DNA of 64,000 nucleotides. It comes from a virus. The notes under the pieces are model-generated. The model was not told the DNA's origin, searched no databases, and was given only the letters and a program-made list of their open reading frames with translations. The first letter of the stretch is position 1. Each line of letters begins with the position of its first letter. The stretch spans positions 1-64,000 of IMG/VR virus record IMGVR_UViG_3300027749_000096, one strand, 5' to 3'. The position numbers were made by a program, and so were the translations under genes. This document shows, one piece after another, positions 8,990 through 17,101 of the stretch.

Positions 8990-11020
8990 TTAATAAGTTT
9001 CCAAAGTAACTGTATTACCAGCTGCTGTACAAGCACCAACTACATAGTTAGTTAAAGATGCTGTTGAAGTACCAGTTGGAACATTGAACACTAACAAATA
9101 TTGATCGTTATCAAAAGTACCACTTGGGTTATTAAATCTAGGAACACTGTGTAAAACCATAACTTGATCATACAATGAAGTTCTAGAAATGTTAGCCAAA
9201 GCTGGGTTTTGTTCAATCTCTCTCATTCTTAAGCTTTCTACACGAGCACTATCAGGATAAGCTAATTGTAAGTAACGGTCAGATAAGATCATGTCACGTA
9301 GTACAGTTTCACCACTACCTGAAGTTTGTACAGCTGGTTGAATTATTGTAGCAGTATTAGCTGTAGTATTTACACCAGTGTTACTATTTGAAGTAGTAAA
9401 GCAGTTAACAGCACAAGGATCACCAGACTCATCAGTTAATGAAGTGTAGATTAACAATGGTTCTAAATCATATTTATCTGTTGGAGTGAAAGTACAAATA
9501 CCAAATTTAGTTTCAATATAAGCAGCACTTAATTCAATATGTGGGGGTTGTGTATAACTAAATGAAGCAGCATCAGTAGCAGCTTGATAAATTATAGCAC
9601 CATTTGTAGTACCACTTAAGTTAGCAGCAATTGTTGCATTAGTTGCAATTCCAGCAGAAACTACAGCTGAACCCCCAACACCAACTTGAGTACCTGTACC
9701 TGGGATAACTGTAGCAGCACCTACTTGAGGAGTGTCAATTGCACCAGAATAAAGATCATTGTAATAGTTAACACTAACAGTAGAACTAATTGTAGGAGCA
9801 ATTTGTTGAGCTGGATAAGTAATTGTAATATCAGTATTAGTAGTAAATGCAGTTACAAATGCATTAGGAGGAATACCTTGACCAGCTGTTGTTCCAGAAA
9901 TTGGAACCCAAGCTACAGAACCTACAGCTTTTTGACCTATAGCAACACCAGTTGTACTAGAGACAGCTAATTTAACTGAAGTAGTTGTAGCAGCAGTTAA
10001 AATAGAACTAGCAGAAATATTTACAGAATATTTATATACTCTAGCTTGAACCATTGTATTAAAAATAGGACTCAAATTAATTTGATCAGCCCAATTTAAT
10101 AATGTAACAACTGGATCTTTTTGTAAAGTAGGATCTACAGTGCTGCAACAACCTGTATAAGAATCTAATGTTCTATACATGTTGTGAGATAAGAAACGTA
10201 AAGCTGGACTACCTTTAACATCTACACGTAGACGGTAAGTACTGTCACAAGCTAAACCACAAGTTACTGGAACTTGAACAACATTTTGTAAAGCTTGTTT
10301 AGCAGCAATTTTAATTACACGGCTAACATACTTAGGGTTGATTGTTTTAGTCTTTACAGATTCTTTGTAACCACCAAGAGCAGGACTAATTTTATCACTG
10401 TTAAAGTAAGAACCTTGAGCAATGATGAATGGTTGAGCACTTACTGATTGAACAGCTGTACCATTTGGATTAAAGAAACCAATTTGACCAGCAGTTAAAG
10501 ATGCAGTTGAACCACTAGATAATGTTGGAACTGAAAGTCCAAAAGTAATAGGAGCAGTTGTAGCAATTGTAGCAGTTACAGAATTAGATAAAGTAACTAA
10601 AGTAGAAGTAACAGCAGTAACAGTAGTGTTAGCTGGAATACTTGTACCTGTTACTGTTTGACCTACTGAAACACCAGTTGTAGCAGTAAACTCTAATACA
10701 TTTGGAGCATTAAAAGAAGCACTTGGAGTAGTAGCCAACGGAGTTGTTGGAACACCAATAGTAATTACTGTTACACCAGATACTAATTTAGCAGTAATTG
10801 GAAGTGACAAAGTAATTGTATTAGTTCCAGGGACTGCTGCAACAACTGTTGTACCAGGTTGAATACCAATACCAGAAACTGATTGACCAGCTAATACACC
10901 AGTATCATCAGTTAAAGTTATTACAGTACCTGTTGTGGTACCTAATGTAGCTGTACTAAGTGAAGCAACAGCTACTGAAGAAGGAAGGAAGCTCTTCCTA
11001 AAAGCGTGAGGAAAATACAT
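8990..11020 (-). CDS. auxiliary capsid / major structural protein with inserted beta-repeat domains
   Basis: 676 aa; crAss-like C-terminus (GSGETVLRD...LHSVPRFNNPSGTFDNDQY); three TGVxxGQxxxG..GIP repeats; followed by a terminator. Confidence 0.65.
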   Translation of the reverse strand: MYFPHAFRKSFLPSSVAVASLSTATLGTTTGTVITLTDDTGVLAGQSVSGIGIQPGTTVVAAVPGTNTITLSLPITAKLVSGVTVITIGVPTTPLATTPSASFNAPNVLEFTATTGVSVGQTVTGTSIPANTTVTAVTSTLVTLSNSVTATIATTAPITFGLSVPTLSSGSTASLTAGQIGFFNPNGTAVQSVSAQPFIIAQGSYFNSDKISPALGGYKESVKTKTINPKYVSRVIKIAAKQALQNVVQVPVTCGLACDSTYRLRVDVKGSPALRFLSHNMYRTLDSYTGCCSTVDPTLQKDPVVTLLNWADQINLSPIFNTMVQARVYKYSVNISASSILTAATTTSVKLAVSSTTGVAIGQKAVGSVAWVPISGTTAGQGIPPNAFVTAFTTNTDITITYPAQQIAPTISSTVSVNYYNDLYSGAIDTPQVGAATVIPGTGTQVGVGGSAVVSAGIATNATIAANLSGTTNGAIIYQAATDAASFSYTQPPHIELSAAYIETKFGICTFTPTDKYDLEPLLIYTSLTDESGDPCAVNCFTTSNSNTGVNTTANTATIIQPAVQTSGSGETVLRDMILSDRYLQLAYPDSARVESLRMREIEQNPALANISRTSLYDQVMVLHSVPRFNNPSGTFDNDQYLLVFNVPTGTSTASLTNYVVGACTAAGNTVTLETY

Positions 11021-11071
11021 AGTTTTTAAAATTTAAGGGGTTTATAAATAAAATTTTTTAATGTGTGTTTA

Positions 11072-11084
11072 TAATATAATATAA
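11072..11084 (-). promoter_or_regulatory. putative phage late promoter core
   Basis: TTATATTATATTA about 50 nt upstream of the ATG at 11020. Confidence 0.45.
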
Positions 11085-11088
11085 GGAA

Positions 11089-11553
11089 TTATTTTAAGAA
11101 TAACAATTTATATTTTGTTGAATCAATTAAACTTTTAACATTGTCAAGTTCATTAACTATTTCACTGTGTGGCATAACTGATTGTAAAGACTGTACTTTA
11201 TCTTTTATTTTTCTAAGATAGTCTATACCTTCTTCTACAGTATTTAATTCTGCTGGGGCTGTATTAGGAAGTTCTAATATTTTTTCTTCAGCTCCTTGGA
11301 AGTGTTCTACTAAATCATCAGCATGTTCACCTATTTCATCATAAAAATGACCTAAAGCTTTATGAGCTGCATAAGAACCAAGCCCAGTCACTTTAAGATG
11401 TAATTTATGAAAGCTTGTTACACAGTTTAACAAGTCTTGAGCTAATGCTGCTGTTTGCATACATAGAGCACATGTTTCAGATCCACCATCCATAGAAACC
11501 ATAACAGTTACTGGATTAGATGAAAATATACTATTTCTAGATATTTTTTGCAT
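11089..11553 (-). CDS. ferritin/Dps-like four-helix-bundle protein (DUF5856-like)
   Basis: HKLHLKVTG...YAAHKALGHFYDEIGEHADDLVEHFQG matches the Dps-like H/D/E pattern; C-terminal TKYKLLFLK. Confidence 0.75.
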   Translation of the reverse strand: MQKISRNSIFSSNPVTVMVSMDGGSETCALCMQTAALAQDLLNCVTSFHKLHLKVTGLGSYAAHKALGHFYDEIGEHADDLVEHFQGAEEKILELPNTAPAELNTVEEGIDYLRKIKDKVQSLQSVMPHSEIVNELDNVKSLIDSTKYKLLFLK

Positions 11554-11563
11554 ATTTTATAAT

Positions 11564-12265
11564 TTAACTATTTGTTTGTACAGCTTGTTGTTCTCTTTGA
11601 TATTGTGTAACACTTTCAATATCACCAGCTAATATCATAGCTGTATTGTCAGCTATTATTTCAGCTACATCATCATTAAACTCACATTCTTGATCTGATG
11701 TATAAAAAGTACCTGTTGCTATATCTATACAACCATTGAATTTAATTTCTCTAGGTTTTCTATAATATATTAAATGACATTCAGGAATAGTAAATTCACC
11801 ATTTGTATAAACTTTAAGTTTATTACTCATTATAGTTGAAACAGTTTCAGCCCAGTCAAAGTTAGGTTGTTTATTTTTATCATCTAATATGATTGATATA
11901 TTAGCTTCTTCTACTTGATACACTGTCATCCTACGTGGAGGACAACATTCTTTCTCAGCAAATACATCTGTTCTAACATAGTGAAGATAATCATCTGGTA
12001 GATTAGAGCATTCATAATAAATACCTTTATCCACCATTGTTACTTCTACATGTTTTAATAACTTCTGTACATCATCAACTATTCCACTACTTTGTTCAGC
12101 ACCTTCTTTACGAGTATTAATAGCATATAGTTGTCTTCTAGTCCACTCAATCTGAGCTTTATTAGCTGCTTCTTGAATCTGCCAACATTCTAGATTATCA
12201 TAATCCAATGAGGCTAACTTATTCAGTCTCTGCTTTATTTTAATCTGTAAGAGGTTATTATTCAT
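11564..12265 (-). CDS. head-tail connector / ring protein
   Basis: 233 aa; NKAQ and YYRKP motifs typical of crAss-like ring proteins; gene context. Confidence 0.6.
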   Translation of the reverse strand: MNNNLLQIKIKQRLNKLASLDYDNLECWQIQEAANKAQIEWTRRQLYAINTRKEGAEQSSGIVDDVQKLLKHVEVTMVDKGIYYECSNLPDDYLHYVRTDVFAEKECCPPRRMTVYQVEEANISIILDDKNKQPNFDWAETVSTIMSNKLKVYTNGEFTIPECHLIYYRKPREIKFNGCIDIATGTFYTSDQECEFNDDVAEIIADNTAMILAGDIESVTQYQREQQAVQTNS

Positions 12266-12268
12266 AGT

Positions 12269-12514
12269 TTAACATTTCCATTTTTTTCTTGCTAATCTTA
12301 ATCTACTATTTGGATCTTTTGCTGCATTAGGAAACTTTTTCATTTGACCTGCAGATCTAGCACAAAATGATTTTTTTCTAGGACCTCCTTGAGGTTGAGG
12401 AGCTTTGAGATGAGAACCTGGATGACTACTATTATAAGAAGCTCTACCTTTAGCATTTAAACCACCTGTAGGATTTTTACCTTCTTTTCTGGTCCAAGCT
12501 GGAGTCTTTGCCAT
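12269..12514 (-). CDS. small basic phage protein (DUF6321-like)
   Basis: AWTRKEGKNPTGGLNAKGRASY...RKKSFCAR...NSRLRLARKKWKC, a widespread phage family. Confidence 0.75.
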   Translation of the reverse strand: MAKTPAWTRKEGKNPTGGLNAKGRASYNSSHPGSHLKAPQPQGGPRKKSFCARSAGQMKKFPNAAKDPNSRLRLARKKWKC

Positions 12515-12518
12515 ATTA

Positions 12519-12752
12519 TTATTTTTTATAAGGATGTTCTTTATGCCATTTTTTAACTGAAGCTACTCCCTGTTTAACAGTTTTAGCTTTAGATTTTTGA
12601 GTAAGGTCTATAGTGTCCCATTTTCCTTTATCTGATGTAGGATGAGTAACCATAATATCACCCTTCTTACCTTTACCTAAACCTGTAGCACTTTCTTTTT
12701 TATATACTACATGTTTCTCACCACCTGCTGTAACTTTAGTTTTCTTAGCCAT
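12519..12752 (-). CDS. small basic hypothetical protein
   Basis: 77 aa, Lys-rich; its start overlaps the upstream stop (TAATG). Confidence 0.75.
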   Translation of the reverse strand: MAKKTKVTAGGEKHVVYKKESATGLGKGKKGDIMVTHPTSDKGKWDTIDLTQKSKAKTVKQGVASVKKWHKEHPYKK

Positions 12753-13726
12753 TATTTTGGTAATCCTGCTTTAAAAGTTGTTGTTAAATCAGTAAAAGTT
12801 GATGCTCCTTTTGCTAGTTTTTGAAAACTAACTACATCTATATATGCTTCATATCCATCATCTACATTTATAAAAGTACCACTCATAAAAAATATATCTC
12901 TTGTACTACCATTAATTAAATTTGCTCCACCTATTGATTTTATACCTGTAGTACCTACTAAAAATGTTTGACCAGCAGCTCTTATAATTTCTGTAGCTAT
13001 TACCATTTGAGCAGGTGTAACTGATCCAGTTAATGGAGCTAGTAATGTTCTATTAGCTGGTTGTGCTATTATATTAGTTAAAAAGAATTGTTGATAATCA
13101 TCAACAAAATTTGATTGTACAGGTGTACCAGCATTACTAATAGCCCAACTTACAGCTGCAGCCACTGCACCACATGAAGTATTTTGTCCTGTTTGTCCTC
13201 TTCTAATTATAGAACCAACTGTCCCATTACTAGATATACCTATATGAGGCATATTCATAACAAACAGATTTCCTGTATTAGTGACATGACTAGCATAAGC
13301 TCCCAGTCCAGTGATACCTGTATGAGGATAACCAGCTAAACCACCAGACATAAATGGTCCTAAAAAATCATTCAATGATAAAGGATGTTGTCCTAAGTTA
13401 TCATTATCTACAAAATTAGCAGCATTAATATCATCAGAACAAACTGATAAAGACATCAATGTATCATTAGCAGGATAGCCTAAGTTCTTTAAAAACTTCT
13501 TGGTATATTCTCCAAATGCTTGAGCTGATACAGCATTAGGGTATGTAACTCTAACTGTATTAGTATAAGAAGTTGGATTTCTATATTCTGTGTTTTCATT
13601 TATCACCTCAATCCAATCTCCTGGTTTAGGTTTTCTAAATGAATAAGTTAATGTACCAGCAGCTATTGAACCATCTGGCTTACGTAGTACATAAGGTTTT
13701 TTAGGTTTGGTATTATTACTTCTCAT
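12752..13726 (-). CDS. theta-class (LCIB/LCIC-type) carbonic anhydrase with a basic N-terminal extension
   Basis: SVCSDD (C96, D98), FMSGGLAGYPHTGITGLGAYASH (H147), PHIGISSNGTVG (H161), RRGQ...SCGA (C185): the LCIB/theta-CA motif order with Cys/His/Cys Zn ligands. Confidence 0.85.
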   Translation of the reverse strand: MRSNNTKPKKPYVLRKPDGSIAAGTLTYSFRKPKPGDWIEVINENTEYRNPTSYTNTVRVTYPNAVSAQAFGEYTKKFLKNLGYPANDTLMSLSVCSDDINAANFVDNDNLGQHPLSLNDFLGPFMSGGLAGYPHTGITGLGAYASHVTNTGNLFVMNMPHIGISSNGTVGSIIRRGQTGQNTSCGAVAAAVSWAISNAGTPVQSNFVDDYQQFFLTNIIAQPANRTLLAPLTGSVTPAQMVIATEIIRAAGQTFLVGTTGIKSIGGANLINGSTRDIFFMSGTFINVDDGYEAYIDVVSFQKLAKGASTFTDLTTTFKAGLPK

Positions 13727-13727
13727 T

Positions 13728-13871
13728 TTATTTTTTAGATTTTATTTTCTTTTCTTGTTTAAGCATTTCAGCAGATGGTTTTTTTCCAGAGCCTTTATTT
13801 TCACGGATGGAATCCCATAATCCATGTTGAGAAACAGAACCATCTTTACGTTTAATCATTTGCTTACTCAT
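13728..13871 (-). CDS. small basic protein (47 aa)
   Basis: Manually read: MSKQMIKRKDGSVSQHGLWDSIRENKGSGKKPSAEMLKQEKKIKSKK. Confidence 0.75.
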   Translation of the reverse strand: MSKQMIKRKDGSVSQHGLWDSIRENKGSGKKPSAEMLKQEKKIKSKK

Positions 13872-13872
13872 A

Positions 13873-14055
13873 CTATTTTACTTTAATAAGACTAGCCACT
13901 TTAACAGTATCAATCTTAATACTGTCTTTTACTTTTACACTGTCAATACCTTTTAAAGAAACTGTATCAACAGAATTAACTACTTCTGAATTAGATTGAC
14001 AACTATTTAATGCAACTAATGATACTAACACTAAACTTACAATTACTTTTTTCAT
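13873..14055 (-). CDS. small lipoprotein
   Basis: MKK plus a hydrophobic stretch and LNSC lipobox; repeated VDT/IDS/IDT units. Confidence 0.7.
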   Translation of the reverse strand: MKKVIVSLVLVSLVALNSCQSNSEVVNSVDTVSLKGIDSVKVKDSIKIDTVKVASLIKVK

Positions 14056-14075
14056 GTTTTTATTTTGAGGGTTTA

Positions 14076-14447
14076 TTACTTTTTTTTCTTAGCACCTGCT
14101 ATTTTATCAGCAAATGTTATTTTATTTTTAGGGGGAGCTAATGCAGCAAACTTCTTTTGAGATGGTGTCATACTTTTAACAGTTCCACCTTTTTTCATTT
14201 GAGTGTCTCTCATCATAGTTCCATTAGACATACCACCCATTTCCATTTTCTTTTTAATAGATCCACCAATTTTCATATAACCCATTTTAATTGCAGCTTT
14301 TTTATCAGCAGCCATATCTTTTTCAGAACCTTCTTTGTCATGAGCTCCTTTAGCATCCATCTTCTTATCATAAGAAGATTTTTCATAAGCAGCCATTCCA
14401 CCTTTTTTCTTGGGACCTATTGATCCACCTTTTTTCATGCTATACAT
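14076..14447 (-). CDS. Lys/Met/Gly-rich basic protein with repeated xxxGG motifs
   Basis: 123 aa; MKKGG, KKKGG, MKIGG, MEMGG, MKKGG. Confidence 0.75.
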   Translation of the reverse strand: MYSMKKGGSIGPKKKGGMAAYEKSSYDKKMDAKGAHDKEGSEKDMAADKKAAIKMGYMKIGGSIKKKMEMGGMSNGTMMRDTQMKKGGTVKSMTPSQKKFAALAPPKNKITFADKIAGAKKKK

Positions 14448-14480
14448 ATTATTTATTTTTTTCTATTTTTAGCCATTGCT

Positions 14481-14999
14481 TTAAAAGTCTTTATGTTTTT
14501 GAAGATACTCCAGTAATCTTTCTGCAGTGTTTACATTATCATCAATTTGTCCAAGAAATCTATTACAATTTCCACATAACAAACCTCTAACTTTTCCTGT
14601 CTTGTGACAGTGATCAACTGCTAATGATCTATCTAGCTTATCTTCATGTTTATGACAAATATAACATCTGGAATCTTGTTCAGATAACATTTCATTATAT
14701 TTCTCAGGAGTAATACCATATTTTTTCTTAAGTATATGTGCTCTCTGCTTATCTAAGTTATATAGTTTTTTACTTCTAGTTATATAACATTCTTTACAAT
14801 ACCAGCCATTTTTAGGTCTATCTAAAATATCTTTCCAAGTATCACAATTTGTACAAAAGAATTTACCATTTTTATATAAATTATAAGTTTCAGCTTCAAT
14901 TTTAAGTAACTCTTCAATAGATATACCTTTTCTTTTAGCTCTTCTAGCTATTTGATAAGGATGTTGATTTCTTATAGATTCTTTTTTAATTCCACTCAT
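14481..14999 (-). CDS. Endonuclease VII-family (HNH-like) homing endonuclease
   Basis: KYGITPEKY..MLSEQ..CYIC...LAVDHCHKTGKVRGLLCGNCN. Confidence 0.9.
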   Translation of the reverse strand: MSGIKKESIRNQHPYQIARRAKRKGISIEELLKIEAETYNLYKNGKFFCTNCDTWKDILDRPKNGWYCKECYITRSKKLYNLDKQRAHILKKKYGITPEKYNEMLSEQDSRCYICHKHEDKLDRSLAVDHCHKTGKVRGLLCGNCNRFLGQIDDNVNTAERLLEYLQKHKDF

Positions 15000-15154
15000 T
15001 TTTTCTTACTCATCTTGCGAAAAGTCTTAGCTAAATTATAACGTTTAGAACCAGGAGGACATGTAGAACTACCAAACTTAGAACCTGTACAAGGTTTATC
15101 AGTTCTCATTCCTTTAACAGCTCCTTGTATCCAATTTTTTTTACCTTTAGCCAT
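14996..15154 (-). CDS. small basic protein (52 aa)
   Basis: Manually read: MAKGKKNWIQGAVKGMRTDKPCTGSKFGSSTCPPGSKRYNLAKTFRKMSKKK; ATGA overlap with the endonuclease. Confidence 0.75.
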   Translation of the reverse strand: MAKGKKNWIQGAVKGMRTDKPCTGSKFGSSTCPPGSKRYNLAKTFRKMSKKK

Positions 15155-15167
15155 AACTTATAAATTT

Positions 15168-16184
15168 TTATTGATTCCAATGTTTTTCTACTTTCTTAGT
15201 TAAGTCCCCAAGAATTTCTTCATTTAAAGGATTTCTAAGATATTCAACTACATCAGTTAGGTTACGTCCTAATAATGTTGTAGTTTGCATATGATAAATA
15301 AATCCATCAGCTTTGGTAGCAATATATCTATAGTAATTACTTTCTTTCACTATAGCTTTAATTTTCAAAGCTTCCATATCTAAATTAGCAGCCTCAATAA
15401 ACTTCTCTGCAGTTTTTCTTTTGTTCTTATCTACAGACTCTCCGTTAATAAACTTATCCATGTTATCATAGATGATGTCATTAGGAGTGGTTTTTTTATA
15501 CTGAGCACCGTTGATGTCAAGTGTCTTAGCTACTAAGAATAACTTATTCTGATTTTTATTATAAAGTTTCTCTAATTCAGAAAGAGCTTTATTTCTAAGT
15601 TTCTTAACTTCTGTATTAACCGATGCACTCTCTTCAAGTCTATCTAAATAAAACTTAGGAGGGGTAGCCATTCTACGTGCTTCTTCTAAAGATTTAGCCA
15701 CCATAGAAAATCCACCAGCTTCAATTGCATAAAGTCTAATTAAATCATATGGGTCTGTAGCTGGTTCTAAATGAACTGGTTCATTTCCACATCTGATTTT
15801 AATCTTATCCCAGAAATCACTATTATCTAGTTTAAGTAATTTTACTTTATTCCAGAACATTTCATCATTAGCATCAATAACATTAGCAGCTAGTTCTTTT
15901 TCTAACTGAGCCACTATGCTTCTAATTTGTTTCACCTTAGCTTCTTGATCTTCTAAAGGAAGATTCTTAACTTCAGGAGCATACTCATTTAATCCTGTAA
16001 GGTATCTTTTAATACCATTAATTTCTAAACAAGCAATAGTTTCTTCATGAAAAGCTCCATCAAAAAGACTAAGTCCATATTTCTGTAAGCCCATGTTATC
16101 TACTTGAACATCAAAATAAGGACGGATTGCAATACTAGATTTCTTGTTCTGTGGATACTTTTCCACAATTGTTACATTACTCAT
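15168..16184 (-). CDS. conserved crAss-like capsid-module protein
   Basis: 338 aa; position downstream of the MCP; RYLTGLNE motif. Confidence 0.6.
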   Translation of the reverse strand: MSNVTIVEKYPQNKKSSIAIRPYFDVQVDNMGLQKYGLSLFDGAFHEETIACLEINGIKRYLTGLNEYAPEVKNLPLEDQEAKVKQIRSIVAQLEKELAANVIDANDEMFWNKVKLLKLDNSDFWDKIKIRCGNEPVHLEPATDPYDLIRLYAIEAGGFSMVAKSLEEARRMATPPKFYLDRLEESASVNTEVKKLRNKALSELEKLYNKNQNKLFLVAKTLDINGAQYKKTTPNDIIYDNMDKFINGESVDKNKRKTAEKFIEAANLDMEALKIKAIVKESNYYRYIATKADGFIYHMQTTTLLGRNLTDVVEYLRNPLNEEILGDLTKKVEKHWNQ

Positions 16185-16258
16185 TGGTTGGTTTTTTGTT
16201 TTTTTTATATATCTAATTCGGATTTATTCCGAATAAAGTATTCTGTTTTTACATCAAA

Positions 16259-16798
16259 TTATGATGTAGCAAAAGGGGTAGTTATTGTACCACTTGCTAA
16301 AATTGTACCACTTACATTCCATACTGTTGAAGAAATACATTCTACAACAATTCTAGTTCCTTTAAGACCACCAGTTGTAGTACCACTTTGGGTAATAGCA
16401 ACATGTGTAGATCCATCTCCTGAAAATAATTTAGGACCAGCTGTAGAACCAGGAGTTGTAGCTTCTAATCCAATTAAAACTGTTCCTTGTAAAAACTGAC
16501 TAGCAGAAGCAGTTATAACTTTAAAATTATTACTTGTTATAGTGGTATTTACTATAAATGTATATTTTAATCCAACTTTTGCAGAAGGAAGAGTAAACAC
16601 AATACCAGCTGCTCTATCAGATAAAACTACAGAACCAGATTGAGTTTCACTTAATGTTACAGTGGAACTTGACCCTGAAATTGTATTAATTTTATTTAAA
16701 TTGTCAATAATAGTATTTAAATGACCAAACTTTGCTAAAGACATATCAGCTCCTTTTATTAAATTATCATCTGGTGATTTTGGACTAAATTTTTTCAT
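16259..16798 (-). CDS. putative head fibre/decoration protein
   Basis: 179 aa; SGSVV..FTLPSA..GLKYTFIV beta-sandwich pattern of phage fibre proteins. Confidence 0.55.
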   Translation of the reverse strand: MKKFSPKSPDDNLIKGADMSLAKFGHLNTIIDNLNKINTISGSSSTVTLSETQSGSVVLSDRAAGIVFTLPSAKVGLKYTFIVNTTITSNNFKVITASASQFLQGTVLIGLEATTPGSTAGPKLFSGDGSTHVAITQSGTTTGGLKGTRIVVECISSTVWNVSGTILASGTITTPFATS

Positions 16799-16831
16799 TG
16801 TTATATTTTTTTAATTTGTCTTAAATAATTG

Positions 16832-16889
16832 AACCTAAGAAGAGTTGCCAGCTCTCTATGTGATCAGCATAGTGGGCATACCTTAGATT
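16832..16889 (-). ncRNA. candidate tRNA-like/pseudoknotted small RNA
   Basis: Closing stem AATCTAAGG/TCTTAGGTT encloses hairpins CTATG-CTGATCA-CATAG and AGAG-CTGGCAA-CTCT; the linker TGCC is complementary to the loop GGCA. Confidence 0.45.
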
Positions 16890-16917
16890 GTATACAGATG
16901 CTATCTGTATAGGGGGA

Positions 16918-17097
16918 TTAACATTTTTTTCCTTTCATACTACCACCCATTTTCATTTTAGTCATTGCTGACTTAGGTGCAGAAGAAGAAACTACTCCTT
17001 TACCAGCATTCTTACCTACCATAACACCTTTTGTAGATGCAGCAGGACGACCACTAGTTGGAGCAGAAGATTTTGGGGTTTTTGGATTACCAGCCAT
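16918..17097 (-). CDS. small basic protein (59 aa) with MKMGG motif
   Basis: Manually read: MAGNPKTPKSSAPTSGRPAASTKGVMVGKNAGKG...MKMGGSMKGKKC. Confidence 0.75.
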   Translation of the reverse strand: MAGNPKTPKSSAPTSGRPAASTKGVMVGKNAGKGVVSSSAPKSAMTKMKMGGSMKGKKC

Positions 17098-17101
17098 GTT
17101 A

